Source of the DNA: Vezdaea acicularis
Taxonomy: Eukaryota
Direction of reading: 5' to 3'
DNA: 36,616 bases
NCBI GenBank assembly: GCA_026025075.1
Contig: JAPEUI010000144.1
Coordinates: 1 to 36,616, forward strand
How positions within the stretch are numbered: position 1 is the first letter of the stretch; the number at the start of each line of letters is the position of its first letter. The position numbers and the translations under genes are program-made. Of this stretch, positions 28,070 through 36,616 are shown piece after piece. A model generated the notes under the pieces. It saw nothing but the letters and a program-made list of their open reading frames with translations. It made no database searches and had not been told where the DNA came from.

Positions 28070-28417
28070 CTAATCACTTCGTCCTCCCGCCGCACCTGCA
28101 TCTAGCTTGCTCCTATCTTTCTTCGTCTTCGCCTCCGCACCCCTCAGCACGTCTTTGACTTCTTTCCCCGCGTACTCTCCATACAGTTCCACCCTCTCCA
28201 GCGCCAAGAACGGGATTCTATACCTCCCCCGCTCCGGCGCGTCATACGTCGACGTCTCCTTAACCGTGAACCCGCACGCTTGATACAGCTTTGTCGCCGC
28301 CACATTCTCCGTGTTGACAAACAACTTCAGCCGTATTCCATCAACCCTCTTTCCCTCCGTGCCTGCACCTTCCTGATGATACCTCGCATAAGCAAGCAGC
28401 GTCCCTAGCAACTTCTT
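28070..28417 (-). pseudogene. 5'-truncated GNAT-family acetyltransferase (C-terminal part only)
   Basis: KKLLGTLLAYAR...LKLFVNTENVAATKLYQACGF is the end of motif A plus motif B; upstream the sequence switches abruptly into the nuclease gene and no acetyl-CoA-binding R/QxxGxG is present. Confidence 0.65.
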
Positions 28418-29650
28418 ATTGTTGAGCAATACGTTCGCTACGTCGAATTGTTCCATCATTTTCAGCAACACCATCAAAATTAGCATCCTCGTCTGATCTT
28501 CTACGATCAGCAGCATCTTCTGCTACGATATACTCGGCTTCATCGGCAGAGTAGATTTCCTCGGGAGGAGTTCTTTGACGCTTACGCTTTTTGAAGCCGG
28601 ATGGAAGAGGTTTGGTGGGGTGGAAGATTTCATTCTTGAAATCTTCCATATCATCTTGATGAAGCTTTTCAGCTCTATCAAGATATGTATTTAATGTCTC
28701 ATGAGAGACGGTGATTGGCGTAGATCTATCTTCTTCAGATGCATTTTGAAAGCTGAGACTTGTGAAATCCTCCAAGTGCAAGACGAAATTGCCATGTTTG
28801 ATATCTCCATTTGATCGACGAAAGATCTATGAGGTAAATTTTTGACGTTTTGATCATGGTAAAAAGATAAACTTACATCGTTCGAGATCAATTTGGACTC
28901 TATATAAGTCTCTCCATCTTCTGTTATGATATTTAGTTGCCATTTCATGATTCGTGCTTCTTTTGTTCCACGATATTTTATATCAATCCCCACTACGGTT
29001 CCAATTGAACCGTTGGATCCGACAATATATTCATCTGCCAATCGTGACAGGTCTTTCGTCTTCTGGCTGTAAGATATTTCAACTACCAATGGTGGTAGAC
29101 CTCTTTCATGACGCCACTGCCAATCTGGGGATCGTTTCTCCTTATCATCCAAAAATAAATCTCCTGACGCTGAAGCGCAGATCTGTCGAGCAACCGTTGC
29201 AATCCGTTCGTTAGAGCAACGACCAATCGTTTTTAATTGATCTGCTACATCACCTTGGAATGATGCTAAAAAAAGTTCGTGAATTGTGGTCGGCATACGA
29301 ATGGTGAGCGTGAGACGACTTGGAGCCCAATCGTATCTGTCATTACATTAGCAATATACGTCGCTTTGTATCTGAACATACCGTATTTTATCATCTACGT
29401 ATCCCTTAAGATATACGTCTTTCTCTAATAAAGATTCAAATTCGTCATATTCTTCTAATGATAATTTGATTTTGGTCCAAGGCTTGTCCCAACCTGGAAG
29501 GATATATCCTTTTTTGTGTGATCGAAAAAATTTAACCAATTCAAACACTGTTCGAGAGACTTTTTCGATAGTTTCTGGTGGCGATGGTGGTAATCTCAAC
29601 TTATCGAACGAATTCGACGAGTTTTGTTCCGTAGGAGATTCAATATGCAT
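28416..29650 (-). CDS. PD-(D/E)XK / Uma2-like (restriction-endonuclease fold) putative nuclease, 379 aa
   Basis: Exons 29650-29382, 29336-28877, 28826-28416 (1140 nt, in frame, canonical GT-AG). Motifs IRMPTTIHE, KRSPDWQW, PPLVVEISYSQ, LADEYI..SNG.I..VVGIDIKY; C-terminal KKRKRQR NLS-like stretch. Confidence 0.75.
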
Positions 29651-29691
29651 CACGATAACGTGCTTGTAGTTGATCGAGGTCGTGGTTGATA

Positions 29692-29704
29692 AGAGTGAGA
29701 GTGA

Positions 29705-29745
<41 letters not shown>
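29692..29745 (+). repeat. (GAGAGT)n then (TGAGGG)6 hexamer tract
   Basis: Six TGAGGG copies at 29708-29743. Confidence 0.9.
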
Positions 29746-29820
29746 GTAGGTCGAAAAGGGAAGTTGCAGATCATACGGTAGCTAAAACCGGTTTAAAGCA
29801 CTCGCCGACAAGATTATTGC

Positions 29821-30370
29821 ATGATAACAGCGCCGTATCTTGCATCTTTCGACCGCAGTGTTACCCAGGATCGCTAGATCCTATGGCTAACATGCGGCGG
29901 TACTGAGGTTAGGCCGTTGCACCATTTACCCCGAAAAATGCAACGCAGAATCTCAAGATCATGTGATTTTACATGACTTGAGCGTTTTCTCGTCCTATAT
30001 TTTTTTGTGATAGCATGCCCATCGCTAGCGTCCTTCGACTGCCAGTGTTAACCAGAGATCCGACGATCCTTGACTAACATGCGGCGGTGTCATGGCCAGC
30101 CCAAGGGCAGTTTGACGCCGAATATTACAACGCGAAAGCTTAAGACCACATGAAATCACATGATATGGGAGCTTTTTCGTCCGGGTTTTTCGTGATATGT
30201 GACAGGGCCGTATCTTGCGTGGGTTGACTGCAGTGTTTACGAGGATCCTCTGGCTAACATGCGGCGGTACCAGGGCTAGCAACATAGCGACTGAATACCG
30301 AAAAATGCAACGTAAAATCTTAAGATCATGTGATATACACGTGATATCAGCGATTTTGCGTTCGGGTTTT
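29821..30370 (+). repeat. Three tandem diverged ~185-bp units, probable structured ncRNA array
   Basis: Invariant CTAACATGCGGCGGT at 29887, 30074, 30254; shared GACYGC(C)AGTGTT, CCGAAWAWTRCAACG and AAGAYCAYRTGA blocks; hairpins with compensatory changes; T-run at the end of each unit. Confidence 0.85.
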
Positions 30371-30812
30371 GCTTGTCCTGTCCGGACCGTCCCAGGATGA
30401 CCGCCGCATGGTTGCTTTGCCTCGAATAATTGGCAGCTCTGCGGTGCCGGATTGATGGCACCATAACGACGTAAATAGGCAGTTTCTCCCTTTTAGTTCG
30501 AGGCCTGTTCAATCCTCTCCTTATTTGGAGGAGATTGGTCAGGGATCAGCTGTCAAAGGGGCGAATATACCACAAGTTTAGTCTTTGATGATATTACATT
30601 ATGTATCGGCTAGCCTTCTTCTGCAAATTCCCCCTGGAATGTAGTTTACAACTATCAAGACAGCCATCCAGAAGGGTATACAAGTGTAGTAAAGTAACGC
30701 AGCGCATCGCAACGCAGCGCGCAAGCCTCGCCAACGCCCCCCATGCAAATTCAACACCCCAATGCATACAACCCTGAGTCCTGTTTCGCCCCTAATCACC
30801 CCTTCTACGCAC

Positions 30813-31898
30813 TCATATAGGGTTCCTCATCCCCGGCGACGGCACAGCAGGCATCATACCGCCACTCGTCCGCCGTGGCGTCCTTCCCCCTGCCGATCCC
30901 CTCCCCGGCGAGGCCCGTCCCGACGCATGCGGGCTGGGCTGCGTCTTCGGTGTTTTGGGACTCGGAAGACTCTTCGACGGCGTCTTGGGGCTTGCCTGGC
31001 TCTTTGCTGGCGTAGTGGGGCTGACCTGGCTTTTCCCAGGAGTGTTGGGACTGGCTTGGCTGCCTGCGCCGCGCTTCATCATACGGCCTAAGATGCCCAC
31101 AAGCTCGGCGGCGTCCTCGAAGGTCTCGTCATCCATGCCGTCAGGGGCGTTGTAGACGTCTGCAATGGTCTGCTTGGCGAGAAGTCGACTGCCTTCGGCG
31201 TCGCGGAGGCAGTCGTACATGAAGGCGGCATATTCAAGCTTGACAGACAGGCGAATCGGGTGGGAGCCTGAAAGAAGGCGATCGGCGAGGGCGGAGGCTT
31301 CGTTGAAGGACTGAGTGGCGGCAGGGATGTAGTCCTTCGCAGGCAGGAGGAAAGAGGAGGTTGGTTTGGGAACGGAGATGGGTGCTAGACCTGGAGGAAG
31401 ATTGCCGCCGACAGGACCACCATTCATCGGATTTGGTGAGGTGGGTGTGCCGTAGTATTCTCGCGCAGGGTATTTGCCCTTGCCGTTACCAGCAGGACGT
31501 GGCGTTGTAGCGCTGGAGGAAGTTGAGAAGCCCGGTATCGAAGCTTGGGTGACGGTTGGAGTGTTATGAAAAAGAACGAAGATATGGTAAAAGCTTCCTC
31601 GAAGCTTATAGATGAGAACCTTGAGCTCACGTTGCCGCTCTACCATCGGCAAGACATACTGCTCAACCATGACTAGGCCTTCGCGTGACATCCATATTAT
31701 TTGATGATACAGTTGAAGCGATTTGGTATCTCTTGTGGTATCCAGCTTTCGATACTTTCGTGCTCGCAGGAGTTTTCGAGCTAACCGTACCGAGAGGCCA
31801 AGAATTTTGTAGAGCCACGACGAAAGATATGGGTTCTCATCTTGAAGTCTTCTGGCAAAGACTCCTAGAAACTTTTGATCGACCTCGGAGGAGGCCAT
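30813..31898 (-). CDS. Divergent fungal 14-3-3-like protein
   Basis: Intronless 361 aa; YKLRGSFYHIF, A..L..SHPIRLSVKLEYAAFMYDCL.D......LAKQTIAD, MDDETFEDAAELVGILG match 14-3-3 C-terminal helices. Confidence 0.85.
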   Translation of the reverse strand: MASSEVDQKFLGVFARRLQDENPYLSSWLYKILGLSVRLARKLLRARKYRKLDTTRDTKSLQLYHQIIWMSREGLVMVEQYVLPMVERQRELKVLIYKLRGSFYHIFVLFHNTPTVTQASIPGFSTSSSATTPRPAGNGKGKYPAREYYGTPTSPNPMNGGPVGGNLPPGLAPISVPKPTSSFLLPAKDYIPAATQSFNEASALADRLLSGSHPIRLSVKLEYAAFMYDCLRDAEGSRLLAKQTIADVYNAPDGMDDETFEDAAELVGILGRMMKRGAGSQASPNTPGKSQVSPTTPAKSQASPKTPSKSLPSPKTPKTQPSPHASGRASPGRGSAGGRTPRRTSGGMMPAVPSPGMRNPI

Positions 31899-34800
31899 GT
31901 AGATTCACTGCAGGGTGCCGAAACCGCTTCGCCTAACCCTGCTCCCTACCACACCGATTCCACGACGACAAGGACGCTTTGGCCTCCTGTGGAGTAAGCT
32001 TCAAAGGGTTCACGGCCAGTAGAGAGCCCGCCCTTGTCGTTACTCCTCTTTGTCGCTGTATGAGGTGAAGTCGTAAACAATATGATACAGTCGAGTCAAC
32101 GTAGCTGCGAAAGGAATATTATATACACAGTACTAAAGTAGCATGTCAGTTCTTGGTAGATGTAGGTGGAGTAGACCGCATAGTGGTAGCTATGCTCTTA
32201 TTCACTCACTTGGCGTTGACGACTACATCAGATCAGGAAAGCCTCCCATTCGCGCACGTAGCGGAGGCGTAGAATACTTCTTGGACCAATAACGTACAAA
32301 ATATGGCAAGCGCACATGTGAGCTCCGCGAACGGTTCTCAACAAGCGGTGTTGCAATCGACGATATTCTTATGCCCTGAGTTCAGGCATACCCATGTCTA
32401 TAGTTGCGGGGGAGCTCTGTCTCGCGATATGTAGCTTTGTTGAGAGGTATCTGGTCAGATCAAGCTGCACTCAATGCTTGAAAGGAGTCGTCGTCTGTCG
32501 CAGAGAATAAGCTACCGCCGTCGCGTCAATTGGTCGTTGGGTGGCTCGTCCCGCACTGAGCTTCGGCCGAATATCTGAAACTCTGAACTTTCGAGGGTTC
32601 GCGCAAACGGCAGATGTACGAAACAGCTGAGGGGATCCCTAAAATGAGCGGATAGTCGAAGAACCAGAGATCCTCCAACGCGTAAAAGGGACGTTCGAGC
32701 GGATTCAGAGGAAAAAAAGGAAGCAATTGAAGCAGGAAAAATAACAGACAAAAGCCGACCGAAAGAGCGTCCAATTTCGCTTCTTTTTTGAAGAAGGCGG
32801 AGAGGAATTAAGAAAGCATATATGCAGCGCAGCGTAAAAGACCGTGGGCAGGCAAAGAAATAGAGAGGGTTTTGCGGCGGCGGTGATCCTGCATGATGCA
32901 GGAAGATGCAGCCAGTGCTACGTGTTCGTCCTCCCAAGCCGCTATGGCGAGAGATTTTCTGCGCGACCACTCCGGCCACATCCCTGGTACGCGAATGAGT
33001 GGGAGCGTCGGCGCGGTTAGTGCTGGACCGTCCAGCCCGGTCGCCGTAGCAGAGGGCACGGCGGACGTCATGAGCGTGCGACCGGAGTCGCCGGCGTCGC
33101 GTCGTCCGTCAGCAGCGTCTTCAATTCGGAGCTTGCCAGCTGGCATCGTGGCGGCTCACGATAGTGTGTCGACTGACGTTGAGAGAAGAGTGATGACGGT
33201 GGAGGGGAAGAAGGGCCGTTGGCAGGAGCTTACTGTGTCGCTCCCTTCGACGCTGGGCCAGTCCATCGCATTCCTGGGACCCTCCACTATCCCACTCGGG
33301 CTTGTCCCGGGGCGTCGGAGGGCTGAAAAAGGGAAGCTCGAGGCGATGATTGGCCACCGCGCCGATCGCCCCAGCCTCCGCCGGGGCACACCTCACAGCC
33401 TGGCGCGCCTCGACCCAGCTTAAGCTCGACGCACCTTATAATCTTCCGACACGTGCTTGGTCCAACCTCCTCAATAATCATTAAAAGCCGTCCGATGCCA
33501 GCTCGACCGCGAAGGCTGTATTTGCCTTAATTGCATATGCTCCGACGGGACTACTTCTTGCGCCTGAAGTATCGTCACCTCTCCTCCAAACGTTCGCCTT
33601 TAGTGAAACCGGATAGCGCTCGGGGTGATGCGTATCGCTCGGCGATGAACTGGCGGTGAAGGGACACTTCATCGATCCAACACCTCCTTCCTGCACCCTT
33701 TTACCCTAATTCCTGTTGATTGATTGGACATCGGCCAAAAAGATTGCTGTTACTCGGCTAGACGATCGAGGTCTCTCTCTGTACTCGGAGAACGGGCTGG
33801 ATCTTGGTCTATACTTGGACGGTAGACAATGGCGTCAATGGGCGCTGGCAAAACGTCGGAGAGCCAGCTGGAGTCAATGAATGAGTACCGCTCGCAGCCG
33901 AGGCAGGCCCGTTTTCTGACCTGCTGCCACGGAAGGAAGTCGAATCAAGGTCACCGAATGGAACGACGTGCCCAGGCGTATCTTGCCGGCGATCGACCTT
34001 CGCCGGATGCAGATAGCAGCGCGATACCATTACGAATGATGGGATTCTCCGGTTTCTCCGACCAATGATCACTTGTGCCTGTATAAACCTGTCAGCGAGT
34101 GATACTCGTTTCATTCTTTCCACGCAGGCATTCCTGAATCTACAACGTAGTTTGGCATCTGCGCTCTGGATATCGCTTCTATGCTTGATGCGTCGAAGCC
34201 AGACCCAATGTGCCAGAGCATGCTGCACCATGATTATGAGCTATTTGTTGCCCTCATAATCCTTGGCCTTTCCACTACGCATCAACTAACGAGGCATCCT
34301 ATCCGCCCGTCCGTTTGCTGGTGATGGGTTATCTCAGTGGAAAGGAACACCCTGAATGGCGCCTGCTTCTGCGGAGACCTTGGTCGGCATTGCTGTAGAA
34401 GCACAGAAGCCCAAGGTATCGCGTTCAAGGACCAGGCGACGGATAATTGCATGTTTGATGGCCTGTTCAGCCTTATCAGGAACATGGACTTCCTGGTACT
34501 TTCCATTTGTCAAACCAGGATTCGCCGATAGCTTCACCAATTTTGGTCGGCTCATTTCTATCGAGACCATCCGCAGGCGTTGTTTGCTTAAACCAGGTGT
34601 CTCATGTAACCATCTCTTCATCGCTGATCCCAGTCGTCGAGCAAATAGGCAACCGAGATAAGGCATCATTGACGTAAGTAGCTGGTGTTGAGGCTGGTGT
34701 GCCCAAATCAAGGAGCTGATAGAGCGCTTTTGGACTCAACTTAAGGAACATGCCCCCTAGGGTCCAACTTTTGTTTTCGTCGCCGTTTGAATATAAAGCC

Positions 34801-35073
34801 ATCTGTCTTTCCACGGTCTTTTGGTGTTGGCAGTGGACAGCAACAGGCCAGCTTCTCGAATTATATTTTAAGCATATCTGTATAGCACCATCTAGCAGTT
34901 CTATCTCTTTCAGCAACATATGACCTATCCTTAGTCTCACAACTAAACACTTACCCGTGTACCACAGACGTAACACGGGAGCGGGCACTAAAGAAGGTAC
35001 CACCTTAGCATCTCTCTACGATGGAATGTACAATCCTAACCTGAATTTTGAAAAGCAGCAACCCGGACTAGCC

Positions 35074-35292
35074 ATGTGTCTGTACTATTTATACAACTAC
35101 AACTGTGGTCACCTGGAATGGATCTTTGCCGAACTCTGTGATCATGGGAGACGGTATCAGAACCCATGCGGTCGGCGTGACATTTGGCAAGAAATCCACA
35201 TGAATCAGTTCTGTAAATCTTGTTATGTACCGACGCCCAAGGAAGGAAAGGGAACGCCCAACCTGAAGAAGGGCAAGTCTTTAGCTTCTTGA
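35074..35292 (+). CDS. Small Cys/His-rich putative zinc-binding protein (72 aa)
   Basis: MCLYYLYNYNCGH...C...C...CKSC, the MC-x-CGH...CxxC pattern common in small fungal proteins; GCCATG start context. Confidence 0.65.
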   Translation: MCLYYLYNYNCGHLEWIFAELCDHGRRYQNPCGRRDIWQEIHMNQFCKSCYVPTPKEGKGTPNLKKGKSLAS

Positions 35293-36435
35293 TACCGGCC
35301 ATACATTCTCTCATTCATTTCACGAAAACGGTTGCAATATACGGCGTAAAGGAGAAGGACAGCATCGGGATCTAGTGAGAAGAGAAGATGTTAAGATAAT
35401 GTACGAATGTAACATTTTGGGATCTGGGTTATCGGAGGCCGCATCAGTGGAATGAGGGGTTTGGATTCAAACCGGGGATTTTGCGTAATACAGACGGTAT
35501 GCCATAGATGATATGTCAGGCTCTGCTGTGGTTGATATTAAATGCTGCTTATTCCACAACTCTAATAACCCTGTACTATACCATTGTTAGTTTCCGGTTT
35601 CATAATGGAACCTCTCTGATGTTAAGAACACCCCCTCCTCCAAGTCCTGGTATTTCTCGTCGCTACACTCAAAGCTACACCCTGTGACTGAAGGACAAAC
35701 AAGACGCACTAGCCTATAAGAGCACGGAGATGAGACGAGTGAAAGCATAGAAGCATTTAACGGGGATCTCCAATCTCAGTCGCCCGCGCATCTCCCGCTC
35801 CACCTGCAATCTTCCCAAATAGCTCCGTGACTTTGGTAAATCCATAATAGTGAAACGCATTGAATCAATTGCCTCCCATCGGCCCATGCGCCACTCAAAA
35901 GTCTGCAAAGCAGGTCGTATTGACCTTGTTCAGGGGTCTGGACCTGCCCGCCGCTCCGACGGGCAGGGGAGGATTAATTGGATTTTAACGCTGTCACGGT
36001 TGGAATAAGGCATGAAAAGTTTGTCATTGTGACGTTAGGGAAGATTTCGCTTCATAATTTTGTGGAGGGGCATTTTGCGTGCATGGAGAGGTCAAATGAG
36101 ATCAATTGGAGCTTGCGCGGAAGGCTCCAGGGTTCGGGGAGCTACCCCCGCCATAATGGGGTGTCCATTCCCTTGAAGTTTATGTACCGAGGTTGCACGG
36201 CGGGTATGAGTTATATTCCTTTCGAAAGCGTATATTCGTCGCGATGTAGGAGCACGAGGAAGACCATGCTTCCCCATAAAGAGCTGTGCGTGTACGAATA
36301 CGAGTCTGAGGAACGTGCACGGAATAATTCAACTTTGAGGGACATGGTAGCCTCGGAGACAGCTCCGAAGAAAAGGTCTGCCTATGTAAAAATTCGGTTA
36401 TAAATGATCTTAATGGGATTGATTTTCAACAAACA

Positions 36436-36540
36436 GGCGTTGTGGCAGAGCGGTCTAATGCGTGTGACTAGAATGCGGTCTTCGGATACATCCGACATCA
36501 CATCCCTTCGGGGGCGCTGGTTCGAATCCAGCCGACGTCG
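36436..36540 (+). tRNA. trnS: tRNA-Ser(AGA) with 23-nt intron (36474-36496)
   Basis: Acceptor stem GGCGTTG/CGACGTC, A-box TGGCAGAGCGG, anticodon stem TGTGA/TCACA with AGA at 36470-36472, long variable arm TCCCTTCGGGGG, T-arm GCTGG-TTCGAAT-CCAGC, discriminator G, downstream T-run. Confidence 0.95.
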
Positions 36541-36616
36541 AAATTTCCTTTTTTGGATCTTTCTCTTCATTTTAACTTTTTGTCTATCCGCTTTTCCCTG
36601 AGTCTTCTCTTGTAGC

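Larger units (their letters stand above)
28416..30410. mobile_element. Putative inserted cassette: nuclease gene plus tandem structured repeats
   Basis: Sharp composition shift at the GNAT junction and truncation of the neighbouring gene; no TIR, LTR, TSD or transposase identified; right boundary uncertain. Confidence 0.35.

Noticed and set aside
28405..28412. CTAGCAAC near the GNAT junction matches part of the unit-3 variable segment
   Set aside because: An 8-bp match is expected about once by chance in a window of this size; not evidence of targeting.
28070..28516. 148-aa ORF as an intact gene
   Set aside because: Its N-terminal part is an alternative frame of the nuclease 3' end fused to the GNAT remnant.
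29821..30370. CRISPR array or known ribozyme call for the tandem repeats
   Set aside because: Units are long, diverged and only three; no cas genes; eukaryotic context; no hammerhead CUGAUGA/GAAA core seen on either strand.
35978..36403. 141-aa ORF before the tRNA
   Set aside because: TTG start, no domain, no splice support.

Overview
Eukaryotic, intron-containing genomic DNA from a filamentous ascomycete (Pezizomycotina-type genes with short GT-AG introns and CTRAY branch points). Mostly housekeeping or fungal-conserved genes: DIM-5/Clr4-type H3K9 methyltransferase, NAR1, a CFEM GPI protein, EMP24, a Myb/SANT-like protein, a single-pass cell-surface protein, complex I ESSS subunit, branched-chain aminotransferase, SCY1-like pseudokinase, GH13 alpha-glucosidase, an F-box-like protein, a divergent 14-3-3-like protein, a small Cys/His protein and an intron-containing tRNA-Ser(AGA). 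The standout is a ~2 kb cassette (about 28416-30410) that abuts a 5'-truncated GNAT gene. It holds an AT-rich, intact 3-exon PD-(D/E)XK/Uma2-like nuclease gene, a (TGAGGG)6 tract, and three tandem ~185-bp diverged units whose hairpins are kept by compensatory changes, i.e. a candidate nuclease plus structured-RNA-array system. All exon models and folds were derived by eye; no searches were run.
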